Shown one piece after another: positions 27,398-35,954 of a stretch of 44,675 bases of DNA. The DNA is taken from positions 1-44,675 of the forward strand of contig CAZQVC010000001.1 of assembly GCA_964596625.1 (NCBI GenBank), in the 5' to 3' direction. The position numbers and the translations under genes are program-made. A model generated the notes under the pieces. The model made no database searches, had not been told where the DNA came from, and saw only the letters and a list, made by a program, of their open reading frames with translations. The stretch's first letter is position 1; each line of letters begins with the position of its first letter. Source of the DNA: an uncultured bacterium (lineage in GTDB: Bacteria > Deinococcota > Deinococci > Deinococcales > Trueperaceae).

Positions 27398-28559
27398 CGA
27401 TCTCGCTCGGCAGCACCTCGGCCGTGACGCTGTCCGGCAAGGTGAAGTAGAACGTGCTGCCGCGCCCCGGCTTCGACTCGACCCAGATCTTGCCGCCGTG
27501 CTTCTCCACGGCCAGCTTGCAGAAGGTGAGGCCCATGCCGCTGTCGTAGCGGTCGTGGACGGTGTGGCGCGACTGCTCGAAGGCGTTGAAGATGCGCTTC
27601 TGATCGGCCTCCGGGATGCCTTCACCGTCGTCGCGGACGCTGAGGACGAAGCCGTCGTCCTGGCGCCATGCCCTGAAGTCGATGTAGCCGCCGCGGCGCG
27701 TGTGCTTGATCGCGTTGGCCATGAGGTTGGCCAGCACGCGGCGCAGCAGCTTCTGGTCGCCGTAGACCCTCTCGGCCTCGGGCCGCACGAGGAAGCCGAA
27801 GTTGCGGTCGCGCGGGCCCCCGCTGACGTCGCCCAGGGCCTCCTTGGCGAGGTCGGTGAGGCTCTCGATGACCCCGGGGCTGTACGGCATCTGCCCTTCC
27901 TTCATGCGCCTCACGTCGAGGATGTTGGCCGCCAGGTTGAGCAGGTGCTGCGATTCGCTGCGGGCCAGGCCCAGCAGCTCCTCGACGCCGCTGTCGCCCC
28001 CGCCCCGCATCATCTCGAGGCTGTGGTCAAGGAGGCCCATCACGCTCGAGATGGGGCTCTTGAGGTCGTGGACGAGCATGTGGATGAGGTCGTCCTTCAT
28101 CCGCTCGGAGTCCTTCAGCGCCTGCTCGAAGCGGCGCATGCGCTCGAGCGCCTCGCGCATGGCGCGGTCGGCGCGGCGCCTCACCAGCATCCGCTCGAGG
28201 TAGGCGCGCACCACGCCCGGTTGGGTGGGCAACGGGATGTACACGTCGGCGCCGGCGCCGATCACCCTGGTCTGGATCTGCGGCTCGTTGGGGCCGAGGT
28301 ACAAGAACGGCACCTCGGTGAGGTGAGGGCGGCGCCGGAGCACGGAGACCAGGTCGAAGTTCTCCGGCACGCGCGTCGCCAGCGCGTGCTCCAGCACGAT
28401 CGCCTCCGGCGCGCCACCCCTGGTCTGGAACAGCACGCGCTCGGCGTCGTCGAAGATCTCACCTTCGAGGCCTAGCTCGTTGATGACCTGGCGCAGCGCC
28501 TCGCCGCGACCGGCGCTGCCGGAGGCGATGAGGACGTGCGCTGAGATCTCGGGCTGCAT
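27381..28559 (-). CDS. Cytoplasmic histidine kinase with an N-terminal degenerate (pseudo-)receiver domain
   Basis: H-box HMLVHDLKSPISS, N-box NLMANAIKHT, G1 DDGEGIP, G2 GMGLTFCK. The N-terminal ~125 aa are CheY-like but lack the DD pair, the phospho-Asp (VLEHAL) and the Lys (YIPLP). No TM segments. Confidence 0.9.
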   Translation of the reverse strand: MQPEISAHVLIASGSAGRGEALRQVINELGLEGEIFDDAERVLFQTRGGAPEAIVLEHALATRVPENFDLVSVLRRRPHLTEVPFLYLGPNEPQIQTRVIGAGADVYIPLPTQPGVVRAYLERMLVRRRADRAMREALERMRRFEQALKDSERMKDDLIHMLVHDLKSPISSVMGLLDHSLEMMRGGGDSGVEELLGLARSESQHLLNLAANILDVRRMKEGQMPYSPGVIESLTDLAKEALGDVSGGPRDRNFGFLVRPEAERVYGDQKLLRRVLANLMANAIKHTRRGGYIDFRAWRQDDGFVLSVRDDGEGIPEADQKRIFNAFEQSRHTVHDRYDSGMGLTFCKLAVEKHGGKIWVESKPGRGSTFYFTLPDSVTAEVLPSEIGVGNR

Positions 28560-28567
28560 CTGACCGC

Positions 28568-28576
28568 ATACTACCA
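28568..28576 (-). promoter_or_regulatory. Extended -10 TGgTAGTAT, 8 nt before the kinase ATG 28559
   Basis: Read directly. There is no SD. Confidence 0.5.
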
Positions 28577-28624
28577 GCGCAAGCCGTCCCCGGCGCGCCT
28601 GCTAGCATTGTCTGGTGGGTTCGC

Positions 28625-31099
28625 GTGGGAGTTGAGGGCGCCCTGGCCGGCTTCGGCTTCGACACGCCGCTGGCCCTGCTCGGGCTGCTGGCGTGCGCCC
28701 TGCCGCTGCTCTGGCCGCCCCGCCACGCCGGGGCCTGGCTGCGGGCGGGCGCGTTGGCCCTGGTCGTCGTGGCCTTGGCGCAGCCGAGGGTGTCCAGCGG
28801 CGAAGGCAGCACCGCCGTGCTGGTCGACGTCTCCAGCAGCGTGGGCGACACGGCCCTGGCCGCAGCAGGACAGCTCTCCGAGCACTTCTCGAACGCTGAC
28901 GAGTTCCTGCTGACCGCGGCCGATACCGCGCGCTTCCCCTCGCTGCCCGAGAGCGTGCCCTCCTACCTGCCCCGCTCGTCCACCGACCTGGCGCGCGCCG
29001 TTCAGCTCGCGGCCGCCGGCGGCGCCGGGCGGATCTTGCTGGTCTCCGACGGCGTCACCGCCGAGGCGCCGCTGCTCTCCTCCCTGCCCGACGTGCCGAT
29101 CGACGTGCTCATCGTGCCGAGTCGCGCCGGCATCGGGCTACGGGAGCTGCTGCTGCCCACGCAGGCCGCGCCGGGGCAGCGGGTGCAGGCGGTGGCGGTC
29201 GTGGAGTCCGATGTCAGCGGACGGGTCACCGTGCTGCCGACCGTCGGGAGCGCGCAGTTGGAGCCGATCGAGGTCGACGTCGAGCCGGGCAGGACCGCCG
29301 TGCCGTTCGAGTTCACGGCGGCCGACGCCTCTGCCGCGACCGTGTCGGTGAGCCTCCAGACCGACCGCCTGGCCGGCGCCGACAGGTTGCAGCGCGACCT
29401 CGCCATCCGCGCGCGTCCCTCGATATTGGTGATCGACGACCCCGCTGTCGCCGACGCGCTCGCCACGCAGGGTCTCGAGGTGACGGTAGGGAGCGTCGCC
29501 GACGTCAGCGCGCCGCTGCCGTACAGCGCGGTCGTCATCCGCGGCAGCGCGGCGCTGTTCACCCCCGGTCAGCTCGACCTGCTGAGCCGCTTCGTCCTCG
29601 ACGGCGGCGGGCTGATCATGACGGGCGGCCCCGAGAGCTTCGGCTTCGGCGCCTGGTACCGCACGCCGGTCGAGGACGTGCTGCCCGTCACGACCGACCT
29701 GCGCACCGAGGTGAGCCTCCCGCTGGTCGCGCTGGTGATGGTCGTCGACCGCTCGCAGTCGATGGCCACCGGCTCCCCTTCGAAGATCGAGCTGGCGAAG
29801 GAGGGCGCCATCCAGGTCGTCGAGCTCGCCTACCACCAGGACCTGCTCGGCCTCATCGCGTTCAGCGACGAGGCCAGCACCCGCTGGGTGTTCGAGCTGA
29901 GGCCGGCAACGGAGCGGGGCAAGCGGGAGATGCTCAACGGCATCCTCTCGCTCGGCACCTCTGGCGGCACGGTGCTGGAGCCGGCGTACCGCAGGGCGAT
30001 CGCCGCCCTGCAGGACACCGACGCCGCCGTGAAGCACATCATCGTGCTCTCGGACGGCCGCCTCTACGACGGCCAGGGCCCGTTCGGGGGGAACGTGGGC
30101 AGCGGGCCGGACTTCGCCGGCCTGGCCAGCGCGGGTTTGGAGGCCGGCATCACGACCTCGGCCATCGCCATCGGCTCCGAGGCCGACTTCGAACGACTGA
30201 GCGAGATCGCGGAGGCCGGCGGCGGCCGTTACTACGAGGCCCTGGACGTCGGCACGCTGCCGCGGATCTTCACCAACGAGGCGCTGACCGCGACGCGCGC
30301 GCTGCTGGTCGAGGAGACCACGGTGCCGGTCGCTCGGCCCAACCAGGTCTTGAGCTTCCCCAGCCAGCTGCCGCCTGTCGACGCCTACATCGCGACCAGC
30401 CTCAAGAGCGACGCGCAAGAGCTGTTGGGCGCCCGGGACGGCGAGCCGCTGCTGGCGATAAGGCGCGCCGGCCTCGGCCGCACCGCTGCGCTGACCACCG
30501 ACCTCAACGCCTGGGCCGGCGACTTCGGGTCGTGGCCCGGCCTGCCGGGTGCGATCGCCACGCTGGGCCGCTGGCTGCAGGCTGTGCCGTCGAGCTACGA
30601 GGCGAGCGCCAGCCGCGACGGCAACTCGCTGCAGGTGGTGGTCGACGCGGTGCGCGGCGGCGAGTACGTCAACAACGAGCGCCTCGAGGCGCGCTTCGCC
30701 GGCGTGACCACGGTGCTCGACCAGGTCGCACCGGGGCGTTACAGCGGCAGCGTGCCGTGGCGTGAAGGCGGCGGCAGCGAGGTCGTCATCGCGCTGGCAG
30801 GCGACGTCGTGGCGCGCGCGCCCGTCGCCGGTCCGGATCCGGAGTTCGCCGACATCGACGGCGCGTCGCTACTGACCACGGTGGCCCGCCGGACCGGCGG
30901 GCAGGTCGTCGACGCCGAGAGCTACGCGCCGTCGGCCACCGGCGCCACCCGGGCGCTGTGGCCGTGGGCCCTGGCCGCGGCGCTGCTGGTGTTCCTGGCC
31001 GAGCTGGCGTGGCGCCGGCTCACGCCTCGGGAGCAGCGTCCTCCGCGCGGTCTTCCCCGGCGGACTGGTCGTGCGGCTCGTCGACGTCTACCTTCATGA
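28625..31099 (+). CDS. Membrane protein with BatA_N-like N-terminus, GATase1-like domain and VWA domain
   Basis: N-terminus FDTPLALLGLLACALPLLWPPR. A ThuA/GATase-like block (ILVIDD...VVIRGSAA...GGGLIMTGGPESF). A VWA MIDAS motif (VVDRSQSM ... GGT ... LSDG). A C-terminal TM segment (LWPWALAAALLVFLAELAW). Confidence 0.8.
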   Translation: MGVEGALAGFGFDTPLALLGLLACALPLLWPPRHAGAWLRAGALALVVVALAQPRVSSGEGSTAVLVDVSSSVGDTALAAAGQLSEHFSNADEFLLTAADTARFPSLPESVPSYLPRSSTDLARAVQLAAAGGAGRILLVSDGVTAEAPLLSSLPDVPIDVLIVPSRAGIGLRELLLPTQAAPGQRVQAVAVVESDVSGRVTVLPTVGSAQLEPIEVDVEPGRTAVPFEFTAADASAATVSVSLQTDRLAGADRLQRDLAIRARPSILVIDDPAVADALATQGLEVTVGSVADVSAPLPYSAVVIRGSAALFTPGQLDLLSRFVLDGGGLIMTGGPESFGFGAWYRTPVEDVLPVTTDLRTEVSLPLVALVMVVDRSQSMATGSPSKIELAKEGAIQVVELAYHQDLLGLIAFSDEASTRWVFELRPATERGKREMLNGILSLGTSGGTVLEPAYRRAIAALQDTDAAVKHIIVLSDGRLYDGQGPFGGNVGSGPDFAGLASAGLEAGITTSAIAIGSEADFERLSEIAEAGGGRYYEALDVGTLPRIFTNEALTATRALLVEETTVPVARPNQVLSFPSQLPPVDAYIATSLKSDAQELLGARDGEPLLAIRRAGLGRTAALTTDLNAWAGDFGSWPGLPGAIATLGRWLQAVPSSYEASASRDGNSLQVVVDAVRGGEYVNNERLEARFAGVTTVLDQVAPGRYSGSVPWREGGGSEVVIALAGDVVARAPVAGPDPEFADIDGASLLTTVARRTGGQVVDAESYAPSATGATRALWPWALAAALLVFLAELAWRRLTPREQRPPRGLPRRTGRAARRRLPS

Positions 31100-32171
31100 C
31101 CTCACGCAGCACCGAGGTCGCGTATGAGCCCTTGGGCAACGCGAACGTGAGGACCAACCCGTCGTTGGCCTCGCGCACCGTCGGCTCCTCGATGAGGATG
31201 CGGCTGCTGCGCCGGTCGCCGCGCCGCGCGGTGAACTGGCTCCAGCTCAGCCCGTAGCGCTCCATCACCGCCGCCTCGAACTCACCCGCAAGGCCGGGCG
31301 AAGGCTTCACCTTGCGGCCGTACAGGGGGATCGTCGGGCTGATCTCGAGGCTGGCCGCGCGCGGCGCCTCGGCGTCGGCGGCCTCCACCATGAACGTCCC
31401 GCCGGTCTCGTGCTTGCGGGCCCAGTCGCCCTCGACCACGGTGCCGTAGAGCCCGGCTCGGACGCGCTCGGCCAGGATGGCGTTGAACACCAGCGACTGC
31501 AGCGCCGAGACGAAGAACCGCTGGAGGCGGTGCCCGCCGGGCACGTGCTCACCCTGGAGCAGGCGCCAGCCGTCGTAGGCGTTGCTGCCGAAGCGGCCGA
31601 AACGCTGCGGCCCGAACCAGTTCGGCGCTCCGCAGCGCGACAGCTCGGCGAACACCGCGCCGGCTCGAGCGGCAGCGCCCGGCGCGGCGTCCCTGATCGT
31701 GATCTCGAAGCGGTTGCCCTTCAGGTGACCGAGGCCGAGCTTGTTGCGGTGGTAGCTGCGCTCCAGGACCTCGGCGCCGCTCAGCTCGTCGAGCGCGTCG
31801 GCTGCCGACTCGTGCGCCTTCGGCAGGCTGAGCCACTGCACGGTGACGGCCGCCTTGTCCTTCAGGCCGGCCACGCCGATCCTGACCTCAGGCACCCCTG
31901 CGGCCTTGAGCGCCTGCACCAGGTCGCGGGTGGTGAGCCCGCGCTTGCGCACCTTGAGGTAGAGGTGGGAGCCGTGACCGACCGGCTCGTAGGCGGGCAG
32001 CTCCTCCACCTGGAAGTCTTCGGGCGAGCCCCTTATCGCGCCGCCCGTGCCGGGCAGCTCGGGCGTCACCAGAGGGATGTCGGCCCAGTCGAAGGTGAGC
32101 TGGCGGCGGCGCTCGGCGTCGTCCGGCGGGGTGCGCGTGCTCGGCTGGTCGGCCTGGCGGCCGCTGGTCAA
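31020..32171 (-). CDS. truD: tRNA pseudouridine(13) synthase TruD
   Basis: Motifs GLKDKAAVTVQW and NWFGPQRFG. The TTG start overlaps the upstream stop (TTGA). Confidence 0.9.
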   Translation of the reverse strand: MTSGRQADQPSTRTPPDDAERRRQLTFDWADIPLVTPELPGTGGAIRGSPEDFQVEELPAYEPVGHGSHLYLKVRKRGLTTRDLVQALKAAGVPEVRIGVAGLKDKAAVTVQWLSLPKAHESAADALDELSGAEVLERSYHRNKLGLGHLKGNRFEITIRDAAPGAAARAGAVFAELSRCGAPNWFGPQRFGRFGSNAYDGWRLLQGEHVPGGHRLQRFFVSALQSLVFNAILAERVRAGLYGTVVEGDWARKHETGGTFMVEAADAEAPRAASLEISPTIPLYGRKVKPSPGLAGEFEAAVMERYGLSWSQFTARRGDRRSSRILIEEPTVREANDGLVLTFALPKGSYATSVLREVMKVDVDEPHDQSAGEDRAEDAAPEA

Positions 32172-32872
32172 GCCTTGCCCCGCCGCGCTCGCTGCCCGCG
32201 CTCCATGCGCTCGAGCATGATGTCCCTGGCCAGCTCGAAGCGTTCGGTTAGTGACGGCGCGTCGAGGAGCGGCTGCTTGGTGGCGGGCGGGACGCGGATG
32301 TTGGCGCAGAGGAACGAGGCCTGGTAGAGCGGGTCCTCCGGCAGGTGGAGGTCGATCTCGGCGGCGGCGTCGCCCTTGAAGAGCGTCCCAGCGTAGGTGC
32401 GGAAGGTGTCGATGGCGTCCCAGGCGGCCACAGCCTCGGTGTTGGGGTCGCCGCGGCCGACCGGCGCCGGGTGGTAGTTGGCGTAGTACAGCGGACGGGT
32501 GGCGCCGCCGGGCTCGGAGACGTCCTCGCGCCGGGTGACCGCTACCTCGCAGCGCTCCTGACCGTGCACCACGACGTCGATGCTGCCGTCGTCGTTCTCC
32601 TCCACGCTCAGCACGTGCACGATCGTGCCGAAGCGCTCGAGGCTCTCCTGGACGTCGCGGATCGGCGCGGCCTCACCTGCCAGCACGGCGATGAACCGCT
32701 TCGGCTCGCTGTCCTGCGCGAGCACGACCCTGATCAACTGGCGGTAGCGCTGCTCGTGGACGTTCACCGGCACCGTCATGCCGGGGAACACCACGACATC
32801 GAGCGGGAAGATTGGCAGCTCGTCCATCAACGACTCCTCCCTGTTGGTGACGTCCGCGCGCGACTCCTGCAT
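32168..32872 (-). CDS. LON N-terminal (substrate-binding) domain protein
   Basis: The motif LPIFPLDVVVFPGMTVPVNVHEQRYRQLI is present. ATG 32872 sits behind TGaTAACCT and a 6-nt spacer. The in-frame ATG 32827 behind GGGAGGAG is the alternative start. Confidence 0.8.
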   Translation of the reverse strand: MQESRADVTNREESLMDELPIFPLDVVVFPGMTVPVNVHEQRYRQLIRVVLAQDSEPKRFIAVLAGEAAPIRDVQESLERFGTIVHVLSVEENDDGSIDVVVHGQERCEVAVTRREDVSEPGGATRPLYYANYHPAPVGRGDPNTEAVAAWDAIDTFRTYAGTLFKGDAAAEIDLHLPEDPLYQASFLCANIRVPPATKQPLLDAPSLTERFELARDIMLERMERGQRARRGKA

Positions 32873-32878
32873 GGGTCA

Positions 32879-32887
32879 AGGTTATCA
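32879..32887 (-). promoter_or_regulatory. Extended -10 TGaTAACCT, 6 nt before ATG 32872
   Basis: Read directly. Confidence 0.4.
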
Positions 32888-32982
32888 AGGGCGAGTCTGA
32901 GTAACTGACGCGCCAAACACCTGCCGTCTGAAGGCTTCCTTCACCCAGCGGCCGCACTTCACACAGAACCCTGGTGGGGCCT

Positions 32983-33861
32983 TCAGCGCAGCGCCAACCC
33001 CAGCACGACGCCTACGAGGATCAGCGGCCCGACGATCATGTTGCCGTTGAAGGCGTCGAGCGCCCTCGCGTCGCGGTACTTGCGCATCAGGCGGTGTTGC
33101 TCTACCAGCAGGACGATCATCGACGCGACCGCGATGCGGTACGGCCAGCCCAACGGCTCGTAAGGCCAGCTCCGGTCGATCTCGGTGACGACTCCGACCC
33201 CTACCAGCGACAGGCTGGTCACGACGTAGAGCAGTCCGGTGGCCCAGACGGCGCCGCTCACGCCGAAGCGCGCCGGGATGCTGTTGACCCCGTTGGCGCG
33301 GTCGAAGTCGAGGTCGAGTAGCGCGTAGATCACGTCGAAGCCCGCCACCCAGGCCGCGACGCCGAGCCACAGCAACCAGGCGATCCAGCCGAACGCGCCC
33401 GTCACGGCGATGTACCCGCCGGCTGCGGCGGCGCCGATGGTCACCCCGAGCCAGAGGTGGCAGGCCCAGGTGAAGCGCTTGGTGTAGGGGTAGGCGATGA
33501 GGAAAGCCACCGCCACGGGCAAGAGCGCCAACGTCAGCGGGTTGAGCGACGCGCCGGCTACGACCAGCGCGGCGAGGCCGAGCAGCGCGACGACCACGCC
33601 GTCGCGTCCCGACAGCTTGCCGCTCGGTATCTCGCGGCCGGCCGTGCGGGGGTTGAGCGCGTCGAGGCGCGCGTCGATCACGCGGTTGGCGGCCATCGCG
33701 GCGGTGCGCGCGCCGACCATCGCCAGCGAGACGAGCAGGAACGTCGGCCAGCCGGGCCAGCCGTCGGCCGCCAGCAACATCCCGCTGTAGGCGAAGGGCA
33801 ACGCGAACAGCGTGTGCTCGATCTTGACGAAGGAGAGGTAGTCGCGGACGCTCGCCGTCAA
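32983..33861 (-). CDS. UbiA-family aromatic polyprenyltransferase (MqnP/UbiA-like)
   Basis: Motifs FVKIEHTLFALPFAYSGMLLA and NRVIDARLDALNPRTAGR (NxxxDxxxD), with ~8 TM segments. The TTG start overlaps the upstream stop (TTGA). Confidence 0.85.
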   Translation of the reverse strand: MTASVRDYLSFVKIEHTLFALPFAYSGMLLAADGWPGWPTFLLVSLAMVGARTAAMAANRVIDARLDALNPRTAGREIPSGKLSGRDGVVVALLGLAALVVAGASLNPLTLALLPVAVAFLIAYPYTKRFTWACHLWLGVTIGAAAAGGYIAVTGAFGWIAWLLWLGVAAWVAGFDVIYALLDLDFDRANGVNSIPARFGVSGAVWATGLLYVVTSLSLVGVGVVTEIDRSWPYEPLGWPYRIAVASMIVLLVEQHRLMRKYRDARALDAFNGNMIVGPLILVGVVLGLALR

Positions 33862-35273
33862 TGCTGCCTTGCCGACTCCTTGATGGCGTGGGTGGAGAAG
33901 CCGAAGCTCGGCAGGTGGCTCTGAGCCGGTCCGTTGACGACGCTCTCGAACAGGCCGGCGAGGTCGGTGCCCCCGACCGCCACCTGCATCCCAAGCGCCT
34001 CCTGCAGGTCGCCGAGGGTGCGGTCGTCGAGCATGGTCTGCGTGCCGTACTTGAACATGTTCGGCGAGAGCAGCAGCAGGTCGGCCTCGCCGCGCGCCAC
34101 GCCGCTCAGGACGTCGCGTCCGGCCAACAGCCCAGCCACCGTGGTCACCGCCCCGAAGGTCTTGTTGGTTAGTGCCCTGACCTCGAGCTCGAGGTTGCCG
34201 ACGCGCCTCAGCGGCTCGACGGCGCGCTCGAGCACCGGCGCGAAGAGCCGGCCGGTGGCGATGAGCACGCGCCGCGGCGCAGGCAGCGCGGGCGGGAGCT
34301 CGGGCGTGGCGCCGTCGATGAAGTCGCGCACCATGCCGACGCCGTTCTCGAGCATCGGGAAGCCTTCGTAGGCCGCGGTCTCGGGCAGCGGGTGGCCGGC
34401 CGTCAGGTAGAACTCGTCGGAGGCGAACACGAAGCGCGTCCCGCGCTCCTCAAGCATGCGCCGCTGCCAGCGGCCGACCCGCTCGAGCACGTCCGCGGCG
34501 CTCGCACGGTCGAAGGTGTCGACCTGCGCGAGGTGGCCCCTGTGGCCCGTGAGGCCGACGGGCACGGCGGCCACCGAGAGGACGTTGGGGCGCGACGCGA
34601 GGTACGCGAGGGTGCGGTCGAGCTCCTCGCCGTCGTTGCGGCCGGGCACGAGGACGAGCTGCGTGTAGAAGTCGATCGACTCGAGCCGCTCGAACATCGT
34701 GCGGATGCTCGTCGTCTCCGGCACCGGCACCTTGTTGGGCCACCACTTCATCAGCTCGGCCCTCTTCGCCTCGTCGGCCGTGTGCACGGAGACGTAGAGG
34801 GGGCTCAGGTGCTCGTCGACGATCCGCTTGATGTCGCCCTCACGGAGGTTGGTGAGCGTGACGAACGAGCCGTAGAGGAAGCTCGTGCGGAAGTCGTCGT
34901 CCATGATGTAGAGGCTCTTGCGCATGCCCTTGGGCATCTGGTGGATGTAGCAGAAGTCGCAGTGGTTGGCGCAAAGGCGGATGCCGTCGAAGATGACCTC
35001 TTCGAACTCCAGGCCGGGCTCCTCCCAGGCGACGGTGAAGCCGATCTCCTCCTCGGTGAGGGGGTCGCGCACCAGCAGCTCGGCGGTGCCGCCGGCGAGC
35101 TCGCGCCGGTAGGCGAGGACGTCCGTGATGAACTCGCCGTTCACCGTGAGCAGCTCCATGCCGGGCCGCACGCCGGCGGCCGCAGCGGGCGAGTCCGGCT
35201 CGACGGCCTTGATGGCGGCCGGGGTGACCTGCTCTGGACGGGGTTGGCTTCTGCTGAGGACTACCTTCGGCAC
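33858..35273 (-). CDS. PDZ domain plus radical SAM protein (DUF512-type)
   Basis: An N-terminal PDZ-like segment (VEPDSPAAAAGVRPGMELLTVNGE) and the radical-SAM cluster CANHCDFCYIHQMP. GTG 35273 sits behind TGcTAGACT and an 8-nt spacer. Confidence 0.85.
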   Translation of the reverse strand: MPKVVLSRSQPRPEQVTPAAIKAVEPDSPAAAAGVRPGMELLTVNGEFITDVLAYRRELAGGTAELLVRDPLTEEEIGFTVAWEEPGLEFEEVIFDGIRLCANHCDFCYIHQMPKGMRKSLYIMDDDFRTSFLYGSFVTLTNLREGDIKRIVDEHLSPLYVSVHTADEAKRAELMKWWPNKVPVPETTSIRTMFERLESIDFYTQLVLVPGRNDGEELDRTLAYLASRPNVLSVAAVPVGLTGHRGHLAQVDTFDRASAADVLERVGRWQRRMLEERGTRFVFASDEFYLTAGHPLPETAAYEGFPMLENGVGMVRDFIDGATPELPPALPAPRRVLIATGRLFAPVLERAVEPLRRVGNLELEVRALTNKTFGAVTTVAGLLAGRDVLSGVARGEADLLLLSPNMFKYGTQTMLDDRTLGDLQEALGMQVAVGGTDLAGLFESVVNGPAQSHLPSFGFSTHAIKESARQH

Positions 35274-35281
35274 AGCGGGCC

Positions 35282-35290
35282 AGTCTAGCA
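35282..35290 (-). promoter_or_regulatory. Extended -10 TGcTAGACT, 8 nt before the DUF512 GTG 35273
   Basis: Read directly. There is no SD. Confidence 0.5.
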
Positions 35291-35343
35291 GACTTGTCGG
35301 CGGCTTCGGGGCCCAGCAGGCTGCAGGCGCGCGAGGCCGCCGC

Positions 35344-35820
35344 TCAGATGCCCTCGTCGACCGCTTCGGGCCGGCGCAGTGGTGCGTGCTGCTGCGCCAG
35401 GACGAAGCCGTGGATGGGGCCGTCGCTGGCCAGGCGGACCTTGGCGCCCTCGACCGGGGCCGGTGCGCCGACGTCGCGCACGTAGGCGACGAGCGGCACG
35501 CCTGCGTCGATCACGACGATGTGCCCTTCGCGCGCGACGACCGTGCCGACGGCGACGATGTCGCTGAGCCCGCGGCTCTCGATGCTCGGCGCGGCGTCCG
35601 GCTCGCTCACCGGCTCCAGCCGGTTCGTCCCTGGGTTGATGATCACCTTGGCCGGTCCGGGTCGTGAGAGGTACGGGCCGGTGCGCTCGAGCAACTGCAG
35701 CACGGCCTCGCCGGCGCGACACTCGAGCAGCGGGCTGCCCTCGGTGTGCGCGAACATCTCCACCTCTGCGGCGTAGTGCCGCCAGCGCGAGATGAACGAC
35801 TCAGGAGACTCCTCGACCAT
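35344..35820 (-). CDS. Hypothetical protein (158 aa)
   Basis: ORF with high GC3 and no motif recognised. TAGAGT lies 9 nt upstream of the ATG. Confidence 0.55.
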   Translation of the reverse strand: MVEESPESFISRWRHYAAEVEMFAHTEGSPLLECRAGEAVLQLLERTGPYLSRPGPAKVIINPGTNRLEPVSEPDAAPSIESRGLSDIVAVGTVVAREGHIVVIDAGVPLVAYVRDVGAPAPVEGAKVRLASDGPIHGFVLAQQHAPLRRPEAVDEGI

Positions 35821-35856
35821 GGCCTCGCCACTCTACCGTGAGAGCCGGAGCCCTCG

Positions 35857-35865
35857 TGCTACACT
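35857..35865 (+). promoter_or_regulatory. Extended -10 TGcTACACT, 7 nt before the mini-ORF GTG 35873
   Basis: Read directly. It has the same layout as the promoters in front of full-length genes. Confidence 0.45.
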
Positions 35866-35872
35866 CTCCTGC

Positions 35873-35920
35873 GTGACTCGACCGCCCGTTACGGCGTCTT
35901 ATCGACCCCCGCCCGTTTAG
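35873..35920 (+). CDS. Candidate leaderless leader peptide (V/M)TRPPVTASYRPPPV
   Basis: TGcTACACT (35857-35865), a 7-nt spacer, then GTG 35873. Five of the 15 codons are Pro (a PP and a PPP). The TAG stop lies in the loop of the terminator hairpin at 35907-35932. Confidence 0.3.
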   Translation: MTRPPVTASYRPPPV

Positions 35921-35937
35921 TACCGGGCGGGGTTTTT
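35907..35937 (+). terminator. Intrinsic terminator-like hairpin: 9-bp GC stem CCCCGCCCG/CGGGCGGGG, 8-nt loop, T5 run
   Basis: Read directly from the sequence. It is the only GC hairpin followed by a run of 5 or more T that I found. It ends 18 nt upstream of ATG 35955, with no + strand gene upstream to terminate. Confidence 0.6.
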
Positions 35938-35954
35938 CGGTTCACGGAGGACGG

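Noticed and set aside
27135-28475. A 446-aa + strand ORF antisense to the histidine kinase; likewise 37759-39540 antisense to the mutase genes.
   Set aside because: They have no motifs and a biased Arg/Ala/Val/Glu composition. The opposite strand carries unambiguous domain signatures.
28625-31099. The BatA_N/VWA gene as part of a Bat/MoxR aerotolerance operon.
   Set aside because: No MoxR AAA+ ATPase, DUF58 or further Bat genes are adjacent. The gene stands alone, divergent from the kinase.
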